Positions 15,901-35,105 of a DNA stretch of 64,000 bases are shown piece by piece; positions within the stretch are counted from its first letter, which is position 1, and every line of letters begins with the position of its first letter. The stretch is from positions 103,416,001 to 103,480,000 of the forward strand of contig OZ024742.1 in NCBI GenBank assembly GCA_964016885.1. Reading direction: 5' to 3'. The notes under the pieces were generated by a model. The model was not told the origin of the DNA. It searched no databases and saw nothing but the letters and a program-made list of their open reading frames with translations. A program made the translations under genes and the position numbers. This DNA is from Eledone cirrhosa (taxonomy: Eukaryota).

Positions 15901-16315
15901 CACGCTAACGCACCCTCTTGATTTAACCCATTTGGTCAGTAGCTTTTGCCACAGCTTATCACGCGCACGCGCATTCTCTCCCTCGTGTAAATTTTAAATA
16001 TTTTTCTCCCCATAACGGCATTCCTGTCTTAACGACATCAACACTTTCTCCGCTTGGCCTGTTTTTCCCCCCTTTTGGAACTTTTCCCCCGTTGATGGGC
16101 GTGAGCCCGAAATATTGGGATTAAAATCTCTACTACGGTAACCCTTCTACCTTTGTTTTGTTTTCATCTTTGTCTCTCTCAACTTTCACTTTCACCTGTT
16201 TTTCCTATCTATATTTCACTTCCTACCTCGAGATTTCCCTTTGCATTGTTGTGGCTTTCTTAAATACGTATTTTTACACATTTCACAATGCTTCAAGCAA
16301 ACTTTAACACCCTCT
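12991..16315 (-). mobile_element. Penelope-like element (PLE), 5'-truncated, with 1156-bp inverted pseudo-LTRs (12991-14146 / 15121-16276) and a 39-bp unpaired tail (16277-16315), in (TA)n
   Basis: RT+GIY-YIG ORF; the two arms give identical translations in the ORF track. Confidence 0.93.
13792..15120 (-). CDS. PLE reverse transcriptase + GIY-YIG endonuclease (N-truncated, otherwise open)
   Basis: FSLDVVSLYTSVP, YKQISGLPMGSSLS, RYVDDIL, LALLD, FYRK, then VVYKIQC..C..FYIGST.R.LH.RIKEH...EAL.I....P.LN. Confidence 0.93.
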   Translation of the reverse strand: MILHTLPAHVCSSMEVLERLHHLAPNTRKDNGYAFSLDVVSLYTSVPASPAVDLLTERVRASNLHCFGLTHTDIHQLLSFVVDNALFNFLGHTYKQISGLPMGSSLSGILAISYMDHLERKALNTCQPNAVAFYSRYVDDILILTSSREMANEIHQIFNDTDQHIDFTIEHPEEDGSLALLDFRINISEHGDINTTFYRKAACKDLFVHYNSALPNNAKRGYVLNELTRITNRCSDPMGGLTHTTQFRNLLRSNGYPKRLINGIRDPRPSRPTPTRKLNISRCFFKIPHLSECTTNAIRRAIRTEGLDIHLAHTGPSLRRCLSNKPYEADRTCSLSNCPIRGADCLRTYVVYKIQCDKCNKFYIGSTIRPLHVRIKEHINTNASSFRKHILKCGNPQGIPLVTVLATERSIGSLRIKEALVIKNLRPPLNNRAERNELTWLI

Positions 16316-17351
<1,036 letters not shown>

Positions 17352-17567
17352 TTTCGTTTCTGAATTTGTTTAGCAAGATTCTTTATCTGAAATCGTGTGT
17401 TGAAACCGATATTGTTATACTTTGGGAGGGTCATGTTGCCAATAAGAAACACACGCACCAGTTGCTTTCACTTCAATTTAATTTATTATATATTTATAAA
17501 TTTACAAATTTATAAATTTCTGGTTGGTTGGTTGGTTCCACAACCAGATATTTGTTTATATATATAT

Positions 17568-17612
17568 AGTCATAGTTCTTTCGTCACACACTCTGTGACC
17601 TCTTCAGTGACT
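17568..17612 (-). ncRNA. Minimal type-I hammerhead ribozyme (mirror of 19088-19132)
   Basis: Reverse complement of AGTCA CTGAAGA GGTCAC agagtgt GTGAC GAAA GAAC TA TGACT. Confidence 0.85.
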
Positions 17613-19087
17613 GGGGATTTCTTTCTTCGTTTCTGTGCCTTTCCTTTCTTCTATCCTACGCCATTTTGTTTGTGTGTGGGTTGCGTGCTCAGTTTGCGCA
17701 TGCGCCACATCCGGGTGTCTGTGTGTGTTTGTGTTCATTTTTCTATTTTTCTATTTATATTTTTCTATTTGTTTGTTTATTTATTTATTTATTTATTGTT
17801 GGTTGGTTGTTTGTTCTATGTGTGTGTGTGTGTGTTTTCATTTTGTCTTGTGTGTGTTTTCATTTTGTGTGTGTTTTCAATTGTAAGTTGTTTGTTCTAT
17901 GTGTGTGTGTGTTTTCATTTTGTCCTTACTTGTAAGTTGTGATGTTGCTGTTCCACTCATATTTTCTATTTAATTTTGGTTTTAATTCTTTTATGCTTAC
18001 TGCCTCTGTAATTTGCCTAAACATTGCGTCTTTCTTGTGTGTGGATTCTATTTTTATTTCTATGCTCTCTAATTTACCCCTGTGTTCTATCTTAGCATGT
18101 TGGTAGAGCACAGATGATTCTTTACTATCTTGGAGGTCTCGCCAGTGTTCATTTATTCGTTCCTCTATACAACGAGCTGTCTCACCTATGTACACTAGAT
18201 TTTTGTTTCTACATTGTCCTTCAGTACATCTTATGCTATATACTACATTTCTAGTTTTACAGTTAATATGGGGGCTTATTTTACAGGTTATACATTTCTT
18301 ATCTATACATGAGGGTCTTTGGAATGGGTATGTCTTGCTAATAAGTTACCTCCGTAAAAACACTTATTAGCAAGACATACCCATTCCAAAGACCCTCATG
18401 TATAGATAAGAAATGTATAACCTGTAAAATAAGCCCCCATATTAACTGTAAAACTAGAAATGTAGTATATAGCATAAGATGTACTGAAGGACAATGTAGA
18501 AACAAAAATCTAGTGTACATAGGTGAGACAGCTCGTAGTATAGGGGAACGAATAAATGAACACTGGCGAGACCTCCAAGATAGTAAAGAATCATCTGTGC
18601 TCTACCAACATGCTAAGATAGAACACAGGGGTAAATTAGTGAGCATAGAAATAAAAATAGAATCCACACACAAGAAAGACGCAATGTTTAGGCAAATTAC
18701 AGAGGCAGTAAGCATAAAAGAATTAAAGCCAAAATTAAATAGAAAATATGAGTGGAACAGCAACATCACAACTTACAAGTAAGGACAAAATGAAAACACA
18801 CACACACATAGAACAAACAACTTACAATTGAAAACACACACAAAATGAAAACACACACAAGACAAAATGAAAACACACACACACATAGAACAAACAACCA
18901 ACCAACAATAAATAAATAAATAAACAAACAAATAGAAAAATATAAATAGAAAAATAGAAAAATGAACACAAACACACACAGACACCCGGATGTGGCGCAT
19001 GCGCAAACTGAGCACGCAACCCACACACAAACAAAATGGCGTAGGATAGAAGAAAGGAAAGGCACAGAAACGAAGAAAGAAATCCCC

Positions 19088-19132
19088 AGTCACTGAAGAG
19101 GTCACAGAGTGTGTGACGAAAGAACTATGACT
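19088..19132 (+). ncRNA. Minimal type-I hammerhead ribozyme
   Basis: Stem I AGTCA/TGACT, core CUGAAGA, stem II GTCAC/GTGAC, GAAA, 1-bp stem III with tetraloop, CUA cleavage triplet. Confidence 0.85.
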
Positions 19133-19304
19133 ATATATATATAAACAAATATCTGGTTGTGGAACCAACCAACCAACCAGAAATTTATAAATTTGTAAAT
19201 TTATAAATATATAATAAATTAAATTGAAGTGAAAGCAACTGGTGCGTGTGTTTCTTATTGGCAACATGACCCTCCCAAAGTATAACAATATATATACATA
19301 CATA

Positions 19305-19340
<36 letters not shown>

Positions 19341-19602
19341 CATACATATATATATATACATACATATATACATACATATATATATATATACATACATATA
19401 TACATACATATATATATATACATACATATATACATACATATATATATACATACATATATACATACATATATATATACATACATATATACATACATATATA
19501 TATACATACATACATACATATATATATATACATACATACATACATATATATACATACATACATACATATATATATATACATACATACATATATATATATA
19601 CA

Positions 19603-19636
<34 letters not shown>

Positions 19637-19701
19637 CATACATATATACATACATACATACATACATATATACATACATATATACATACACATATATATA
19701 T

Positions 19702-19734
<33 letters not shown>

Positions 19735-19970
19735 TACATACATACATATATATATACATACATACATATATATATATACATACATATATATATATACATA
19801 CATATATATATATATACATACATATATATATACATACATATATATATACATACATATATATATACATACATATATATATACATACATATATACATACATA
19901 TATATATACATACATACATATATATATATACATACATACATACATACATATACATACATACATATATATA

Positions 19971-22900
19971 TAACTTTGAATAACTTTGAAATGTTTTGGC
20001 CAGTAATGGCCCAGGCCTTGTCTAACTTAATAGCACCACCTGGCGAAGTCTTTCAATTCAGGATTTGGGCACCATGGCCCATTCGAGAAGAGAATTACTG
20101 TTTGCGGAGACATATCCGGGTGTGGGTGGTTTGTCCGGGATTACTTGGAGGAATTTGTCCAAAGACTTCTTGAATTTTGTGTGGTCAGTTTCTGTTTTGA
20201 CGTGTCTTTGTGTGATGTTGAAGAGAGCAGGGCCGATTGAGGTGAAATAATTGTGCCGTATTGTTGTTATGAGTTGCGATTTAGATTTTTGAATGGGATG
20301 GATAGCACGGGGCCCAAGCCTTGGGTGTATCTTGAAGGCGATGCCAACATCATTTGGGCAGTGATGATGGAACATTTTCCACATCATGCAGATAATATAA
20401 CGTTCACGGCGACGTTGGAGTGAGTAAAGTTTCAGGTTTTCTAGTCGACCCCAGTAGTCAAGGTCTGACATGCCATCTATCTTTTTCGTGATTGCCCTTT
20501 GAGGAGCTTCAAGTTTCATGATACTTTGTTTCGTGTGGGGAGACCACAGTGGACAACAGTATTCAAGGTGTGGTCGGGCAAAAGTAGAGAAGAGAAGGAT
20601 AATGGTGTGGGAATCTCTCGACTGGAAGGTTCTGAGGATCCAGGAACACATTCTGCGGGCCATGTCAACTTTGCTGCTTATATGCGTGGCCCAGCTTATG
20701 TTGCTGTCCACGGTTACTCCCAAGTCTCTGATGTTGTTAGATGCCACGAGAGTTTCCCCGGAGGGAAGGGAGTATGGGAGTTTCAGAGCATCCTCTTTTC
20801 CAAAGTGGATCAGTTCGAATTTGTCTTCGTTCAGTAACATGTTGTTCTTTTCCGCCCATTGGGTAACAGCCAGTAGGTCTGACTGAAGGCTTATCCGGTC
20901 ATCCATGCCATTGATGACCTTTTGGAGCTTGGAATCATCAGCGAAAATTTTAATGTTGCTGTGTTTGATGATGTCAGTGATGTCATTAATATAGATGATG
21001 AAGAGAAGTGGGCCCAACACAGTGCCTTGTGGGACCCCACTACTGACTTTGGCTGGGCTGGATTTGACTCCTTCAACTACAACTTGTTGGGTTCTATTTG
21101 ACAGGAAGCTCTTGATCCACTGCAGCAGCTTTCCAGTGACACCAATATTGGACAGCTTTCTCAGTAGAATGTTATGATCAACCCTGTCAAAGGCCTTGCT
21201 GAAATCAAGGTAGATAACATCAGTGTTGGAACCCTCTCCCAAGGCTCTCAAAATGTCATCAAAGTGATGCAGTAGCTGCGTCAGGCAATCCCTTCCATTA
21301 CGGAATCCATGCTGGTTGGAGTTCAGCATATTGTTACTCTCAAGGAAGTGGGTCATTCGCGATCTCACCACTCTCTCAAATACCTTAATGATATGAGAGG
21401 TGAGTGAGATTGGACGGTAATTCACGGCAAGGGATTTGTTTCCCTTTTTGAAAACTGGGACAGCAGACTGGGATAGAAGGTTTTCTGGCACATATCCAGC
21501 ATCCAGTGAGTTCCGCCACAGATTGGCAAGAGGAGATGCAAGTTGGTGTTGACATGCCTTCAAGACACAAGCAGGGAACCTATCGGGACCTACTGCTGAA
21601 TTATGCTTGATTTCCTTTATTGCCGCTAAGACATCAGGGGCGCCAAACGTTATGTCCGATAAGGTGTAATGGGGAGTAACATCGCCGATACAGCCCAGAT
21701 CGGCCATATCAGGATTGCTGAAAACAGAGCAGTATTGTTTCTGCAGTATCTCACCCATAGTTTTAGCATTGTCTTGAAGAGTGCCATTTTCATCAATTAG
21801 AGGGCCAACAGTAGAGCCAGTGATTTTGTGTTTTTTTGCAAATGAAAAGAACACTTTGGGATTGAGTTTGATCTTCTCAATGGCCCAGGCCTCTTCAGCT
21901 CTTCTCTGATTGTTGATGAGGGACATTATGTTGTTTTGGAGGTTATGTTTTTTAATCTCTAGTGATGAAATGGCAGTCAAGTTGATGTGTTGCTGCTGAC
22001 AGTATTTCAGCTTGTTGATTTTTTTTGTTCGTTCTCTTAATTTTTCTGATGAGCGTTTTTCTATTTCTAGGGATTCTGCTCTTAGATTTGTTTATAGTTC
22101 TTAATGGGGTGTGTGTTGCACATATGTTTGTAACAGTGTCCACAAATGTCTGCCAGGACTTTTTGATGTTAGTGGGTGTATGAGTGTGCGTGAAGGACCA
22201 GTCGACATGTGCAAGATCATGACTGATCGCTTCCCAGTTTGCATTGTGGAAATCCATAGCGTCAAACGGATGGACAGGAGAGATGACATTGGGTTTGTAT
22301 ATTGGACGGTGGAATCTCAGATCACAGAGAACCATGTCATGATCAGAGAGTAGAGTTTTCTCCACTGCAATATTGTGGATATTGTCAGTGTGATTGCTGA
22401 AAATTAAGTCTAGGACGTTTTTGTGGCACCTCGTTGGTTCGAGCACCAGTTGGGATAGGAAGAAATCATCCATGAAGTCAAGAAGCGATTCCACTGCTTC
22501 CCTGTCAGAGGTTGAGGCAGAAGAACCTGGTGGCAGGCTGTTTGTGGACCAGTCAACTCCGGGGAGGTTGAAGTCCCCCATCATTAAGATGTTGTCAGGG
22601 TGACACTCTTGGATGAAACACTTTATGCTGTTGAGGCATTCCTTGAAGCATGGTACAGGCGTTTGGGGTGGCCTATAGAGCCCAACTACTATTAGGTTGT
22701 TGGTTTGACTAAATACAGTGACTGCTTCACAGTATCCATTAGTGAATATGTTCATAGCCTCTGTTCAGAAAGAATTATGGACATAAATGGCAGTCCCGCC
22801 CTTTCTTCTGCCAGCGCGATCAGCACGGATGGCTTTGAAATTTTTCACTTTCACCTCGGCTTCCAAGTGGAGGTTACTGAGATGGGTTTCAGTGAGGACG

Positions 22901-23090
22901 AAGAAAGGGATGTGGTTTGGATGGACATCAATCCAGTACTCCAGGAATTTGATCTTCCATTTTTGAGTATTGGTGGAAGGGCTGATGCCTTGGGCGTTAA
23001 GCAAAAATGTAGAGGCGAGAGTGGATGGTTTTAATTGTTTTGGTGTGTTGTAATTTGTTTGTTTGTTAATGGCAAACAAACAAATTAACA
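19971..23090 (-). mobile_element. CR1-like LINE ORF2 (APE + RT) with about 2 frameshifts and a short tandem 3' tail
   Basis: LNAQG, LTETHL, GGTAIYV, YRPP, GDFNLP, LDLIFS, SDH (APE); YLDFSKAFDRVDH, SGVPQGTVLGPLLF, FADDSK (RT). Confidence 0.92.
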
Positions 23091-25350
<2,260 letters not shown>

Positions 25351-25384
<34 letters not shown>

Positions 25385-25690
25385 CCGTTTTACGTCCGTT
25401 CTTCCACGCTAGCATGGGTTAGACGGGTTGTCCTGTTGTGGGCAGTGTCTGGTCGGCTGACCATGCCTTGCTCATACAGGAACTGATCTGGCTTGATTTC
25501 TACAGCTGGATGCCCTTCCTAACACCAACCTCATTTACAGTGAGTGCTGGGTGCTTTTTCGTGGCGCCTACACGTCCACTTTACAGTGTGGGCTGGGTGC
25601 TTTTTTGCCGTGGCACCTCCACGACCACCTTGCGGTGGGGGGGGGGGGGCATATTGTTTATATGCTTCAGCATGTACCCATGGGAGGTCG
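25351..25690 (-). mobile_element. RTE 3'-UTR-type fragment with (GAT)n tail; relatives at about 30940-31160, 53720-54030 and 60980-61325
   Basis: GGATGCCCTTCCTAACACCAACC...TTTACAGTGTG motifs shared with the RTE 3' UTR. Confidence 0.7.
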
Positions 25691-25831
25691 GATACCCTGT
25701 ATTACTGCGTGTATATATATATGTATGATATATATATACATACATATATATATACATACATATATATATACATACATATATATATACATACATATATATA
25801 TACATACATATATATATATACATACATATAC

Positions 25832-26077
25832 ATCATTATTGGTGCTACGGGTTATATACCAACCCGCTTGGACCAAAGTATGACTGAACTTGGATTTGCG
25901 GACAAAAAGCGCAGCTCCCTAATTCATAGTCTACAAATGGCTGCGATAGCTGGCACCTTCAAAATTTGCAAAACATTCTTGCGATTCAAGGGATGACAAT
26001 TTCTTTTCTTTTACAACCTTGCCACCAGGAAGTTGGCCGGTCAAAAAATATACTCAAAATTAAGAGAAAGAGAAAAC
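25832..26077 (+). mobile_element. 3' fragment of an R4/Dong-like (RLE) non-LTR element
   Basis: [11 protein letters not shown]...LG....[17 protein letters not shown] resembles the R4/Dong C-terminus; flanked by microsatellite. Confidence 0.7.
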
Positions 26078-26108
26078 ATATATATACATACATATATATA
26101 TACATACA

Positions 26109-26149
<41 letters not shown>

Positions 26150-26377
26150 ACATACATATATATATACATACATATATATATATACATACATATATATATA
26201 CATACATATATATATATATACATACATATATATACATATATATATATATACATACATATATATACATATATATATATATACATACATATATATATACATA
26301 TATATATACATACATATATATATACATACATATATATATACATACATATATATATACATATATATATATATACATAC

Positions 26378-26442
<65 letters not shown>

Positions 26443-26475
26443 CATACATATATATATACATACATATATATATAC

Positions 26476-30054
<3,579 letters not shown>

Positions 30055-30143
30055 CATACATACATATATATATACATACATACATACATATATACATACA
30101 TATATATATACATACATATATATATACATACATATATATATAC

Positions 30144-30174
<31 letters not shown>

Positions 30175-30423
30175 CATATATATATACATATATATATACA
30201 TACATATATATATACATACATATATACATACATATATATATACATACATATATACATACATATATATATATATATATATACATATACATACATATATATA
30301 TACATACATATATATATACATACATATATATATACACACATATATATATACATACATATATACATACATATATATATACATACATATATATATACATATA
30401 TATATATACATATATCTATATAC

Positions 30424-30472
<49 letters not shown>

Positions 30473-31366
30473 GATTATATATATATTTAAAAATACATTA
30501 TCGGAGAATGCTAATAGCGATACACCGGCCAAATCCCAACAAACATTAGAAAATAAGTGAGTATATTCTTAATTAAACGTTCGGGGTGCTAACTAATTGT
30601 ATTGTGTGGAAAATTGGGCGTATTATTTCATATGAGATATATCGAATATATATATATATATATATTAACATAGTTTTTAGTTTTCTATGCCCTTTGGGCG
30701 AAACGTACGTAGGTGCTTTTTTATATCAACATGTTTTAACCGTATATTCTCCTCTGTAATCATTTCACTTGTAACCGCTCTGCTTATATTCTCGCCTGCT
30801 AAATATTAACGCTTCCAATATTTAACCCTGTAAGCACAAGTATTGAGCACATATGCACAAATTATTGGCAACTAACTATATGTATCACTTATCTCTTCTC
30901 TCTCTCGATACTTAAATATTCTATATATTAACATATAAATCATCATCATCATCATTTTACGTCCGCTTTTCCCTGCTTGCAAGGGTGGGACGGGAACTGA
31001 TTCTGGCTTGATTTCTACAGCTGGATGCCCTTCCTAACACCAATCTCATTTACAGTGAGTGCTGGGTACTTTATTTTCTGTGGCGCCTACACATCCAGTT
31101 TACAGTGTGGGTTGGGTGCTTTTTTGCCGTGGCACCTCCACGACCACTTTACAGTGGAATGATAGGGACCTCAGTCCTATCATCTCATTTCTACAGCTGA
31201 GTAAACTGGAGCAATGTGAAATAAAGTGTCTTGCTCAAGGAAACAACACATCACCCGGTCTGAGAATTAAACTCACAACCTTTCGATTGTAAGGCCAATG
31301 CTCTAACCACTAAGCCATGTGCCTCCATGATATATAAATATATATTAATATATATATATTAACATG

Positions 31367-31407
<41 letters not shown>

Positions 31408-31554
31408 ATATCAGTATAGTCGCCGGTATGGCTATGAAGTTAAGCACATTGCAATTATATGATTTTGTGTCCGATTCCACTGCATGGCACCTTCGGCAAG
31501 TGTCATCTACTGTAGTCTCACAGTGATCAATACCTTGTGAGGGAAATGATAATA

Positions 31555-31742
31555 ATTGTTTCTACTTTAGGCACAAGGCCAGCAATTACCCAGTGCATTA
31601 CTGGTACTTTATTTTATCGACCCCGTAAGGATGAAAGGCAAAGTCAACCTCGGCGGGATTTGAACTCAGATCGTAAAGGGACGTAACTATGCTGGAAAGC
31701 ATGGCGTCGGACCCTCTACCGATACTGCCAATCCACCAATGA
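31555..31742 (-). mobile_element. tRNA-headed SINE (about 200 bp); further copies near 32020-32205, 47660-47800, 47960-48135, 52990-53150, 58400-58585, 60105-60310 and 62992-63390
   Basis: B-box GAGTTCAAATCCC followed by the conserved CTTTGCCTTTCATCCTTACGGGGTCGATAAAATAAAGTACCAGT core and AGTAGAAACAATTATT tail. Confidence 0.85.
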
Positions 31743-32299
31743 TATAAATATATCATCATTTAATGTCTGTTTTCTATGTTTGCATGAGTTAGATGTTTTA
31801 TGGGTTGTTTTTTTTCCTAAAAGTAGTCCTCAAATGTCTCCTTCCTATGGATTTCCCATTAACATTTTTTATAGTTACCTTTCTTTTTACTATTGTTAAA
31901 CCTGTTTACGCTCAAGACTCACACACTGAAACACACACACTCTATGTTTTTGTCCTCTTCTATTCTAATGTTTCCTTAATGTAAACCCTTTGTGGTGAGT
32001 AAAGTAATCATCATCATTTGGCAGTATCAGTAGAGAGTCGGACACGATGCTTTGCAGCATAGAGTTACGGTCCTTTATGATTTTTGTTCAAATCCCATCG
32101 AGATTAAACTTTGCCTTTCATCCTTACGGGGTCGATAAAATAAAGTACCAGTAATGCACTGGGTAATTGCTGGCCTTGTGCCAAAAAGTAGAAACAATTA
32201 TTATTATTATTATTTAAAAGTTCTTAAATAGAAGACAGCATGTGTTTCAAGGATGAGGATAAGACGGAGCGCCTGGAAAACTATCCAGAACTGTTGTTG

Positions 32300-32594
32300 T
32301 ACATCATCATCATCATCATCATCATCGTTTAATGTCCAGTGAATAGCAAATAGCACCACCATCATCACCATTATAATCACTGCCAGCATTCTTATCCCAC
32401 CACCATCATCATCAGTTACAATGACTGCCAGAAATCTTATTACTACTTTCACCACCACCACTGCCACCACCACTAAGACTATCATCATTACTACCATCAT
32501 CATCACCATTACAATAACCACTGGTACTCTTATTACCAACACCACCATCACCACCAGCATCATCACCATTACATTCACTGCCAGCACTCTTATT

Positions 32595-32626
<32 letters not shown>

Positions 32627-32640
32627 CACTGCCAGCATTT
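32300..32640. repeat. Degenerate CAT/CAC/AAC trinucleotide repeat region
   Basis: Direct reading. Confidence 0.85.
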
Positions 32641-33291
32641 TTGTGTTGTGTATAATAGACAATAGATAGGCATATTGCAAGATTTTAAATATAAAACATT
32701 ATAGAATTTTATTATACAAAATTTACACAAAGCTGATAATAGGCTCAGGCGACATGTAAAATCTTAATTCCATTTTAAAAACTATTTAGTATGTATGGAC
32801 CTGTAACTCCTGATTGATGAGCATTTTAAACTTGGTCTCCAGGTTTAAACACAGCTAGTTTCTTCAGAGAAGGAGAGAGACTGATAGAGAGGAAGTGAGA
32901 AAGTGATATAGTGGAAGAATTGACCCCCAGTAGTGGACTGGTAATTTTTTTTTTATTGACCTTGAAAGGATGAAAGGTAACACTGACCTCAGCAGGATTT
33001 GAACTAAGAGCACAGAGACCCGAAACAAATACAGAAATGCATTCTATCTGATGTTCTAACCATTTTGACTCTGCCAATTTGCCACCTAAAGTATTTTAGT
33101 AATTATTGCTAAATACATATGATTTATTTATAGGTTATGTACACACCTTATGTCACAACAGCACCCCTATAATTCCACCATGAGTTACAGATCGATACAT
33201 TGCTGCATACAAATAATTTTATAAAAGTATAAAAAGGGTTGACTATACCAAAATTTTAATAATTTAGTCTTTGGTCATGAACTCAACTCAC

Positions 33292-33458
33292 CGTAACTTT
33301 CACAGATTAGTTCTTTGTATTTACGACCAGCATTGGAGATACTCTGTAAGCAGACGATGGCCTTGGTTTTGTGATCATTGGGCAGTTGCACTACACGAAG
33401 AATTCCAATTAAAGTGAAAATACCACCAATTTCAATGAATTCAGCCATAAAATGGTGC
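33292..33458 (-). CDS. ARMH1: ARMH1 coding exon 3 (HHFMAEFIEIGGIFTL...AGRKYKELICESYG)
   Basis: CAG acceptor and GTGAGT donor; phases 2/1 fit; matches recalled EFLEVGGVLTL...GRTYKELICESYG. Confidence 0.92.
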
Positions 33459-33599
33459 CTGCAACAATAACCACAGTAATAACAGTAAAAACAACAATAA
33501 CCAGAGCACATTGCACCCAGAACCCAAATTTGGGAATAAATTTATATCTCCACAAAAAAATTGATGCAGAGAAGTCATTTATAGCTCATTAGAAGCATT

Positions 33600-34900
33600 T
33601 TGGTAACTAATAGAGTTAAAACTATTCAAAGAAAGCATCTCAATTTGAAGACATAACTTGATTTCTTTTTCTAGTATTTGCTGCAAAAATTGTTTAATTG
33701 CCATGATTTGTGGTTGGCAGAAAAATAAATTTCTTAGATTTGTAGATTTTATCAATTACTTTATGGATTTGGCACACTTAGAGGAGTGTCTCTCTATGGC
33801 ACTCTGGACTCAGCAAAAAATACTTCATTAATATTGTATTATTTGGACAAACCCTGCATTTGTTTGTCCAGTTTCGTTGGTATGAGCTGTAGAGGTTTGA
33901 GATGTGCTGTCTGTAGAACATGAGCCTTCCTTGGAAAGTTTTGGTTCATGTGTCACAGTGAATGACATAAATGTGAATGTCACTTGTAAATCAGAGTATT
34001 CAATGATTGATGAGAAGATGGTATTTCTTCTTTAAGGTAACAGAGGTGCATTCTGTCATCTATGCCACCAACACGAGCTCATGCAAATGATACTTCATTA
34101 ATATCTAATGGATTCCAGATAACAAAGGATTATAATTCATGCAAGGAAGCATGGAAAAAATTGGTTGCTGGTGAGATATCATAGTCAAGCATTGAAAGGC
34201 AGGGTCAGTGTCATGAAAATATTATAAAAGCAGATTTTCATTGTTTCTCAAACTGAGATCATTAGATTTTGCTCAAAAAGATTTTGTATCACTTGGTTGC
34301 TGGTCAAAAAACATGGGGTGAAGCTGGAAATCTATTGTGGTTTATTCAGCATACCAAGCAACAGTGCATTGACCATATCAGGTCAACCACTGGAAAGCTA
34401 ATGGACTCACCCAGTGGAATAGGTGGCAACACCAATACAGGACTGAAATTTTTCGTCTGAAAAACTGTCAAAATATATGTTCTCTCATTTTGAACCAGGA
34501 AGACAAGAACAATTATGAAATATTCTTATCTCTGACCAATGTTATGCTCCATATCACACAATCAGTGAACAAGAAGAAGGTAAGGTCTGACAGACTGAAG
34601 ACACTTGGGATAGATTTAATGTTACACCTAAACATTTCATCTCTTGATGAAAGAGTCTCCTTATGGGTAGTTATCATTCCATTATTCCATCATGTGGTTG
34701 CAGCTAAGAACACTTTGAATGGAATGGTGGGCAATTGGGAAATGGAGTGAAAATCCACTTGAAAGTTGAAACAAATACATTAGGTCATTCTAGAATGGGG
34801 CAGCTGAAATTTCTCACCAGCTTTCAGTAAAAGACAAATTCATGACATCATCCAAAGGATGCGTATAATATCTCATTCAGAAATTTCATCAACAATACCT
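33600..34900 (+). pseudogene. Decayed Transib/RAG1-like DDE transposase
   Basis: With stops and frameshifts: WTNPAFVCPVSL, YSMIDEKMV..G..GAFCHLC..TR, FHHV, IGKWSENPLES*NKYIRSF, in the same order as RAG1-core motifs (GYDEKLV, CTLCDATR, IGAWASEGNESGNKLFRRF). Confidence 0.65.
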
Positions 34901-35105
34901 CACTCAAGCTGCTTCATTCATAGAGAAATAAACACACAGCTCAGTCACTCAAATATAAAATGTTTCAGTTTCAATGCAAGAGGAAAGTTAAATTGCCTCC
35001 ATGTATTTTACAGAGACATTGAGTATGAGTAGATTGAGTATTGAACTTGTGGGGTACTAGAATATTTTATCTTTGTATTAGTTTAAAAGTCTGTACTGAT
35101 ACATG

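Larger units (their letters stand above)
17352..19290. mobile_element. Palindromic PLE remnant: about 930-bp arms (17409-18346 / 18362-19290), 15-nt spacer, about 57-bp left tail; each arm has a Cys-rich + GIY-YIG C-terminus and a hammerhead
   Basis: Mirror ORFs (VVYSIRC...YIGETAR..ERINEH...EAVSI....PKLN); (TA)n on both sides. Confidence 0.9.
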
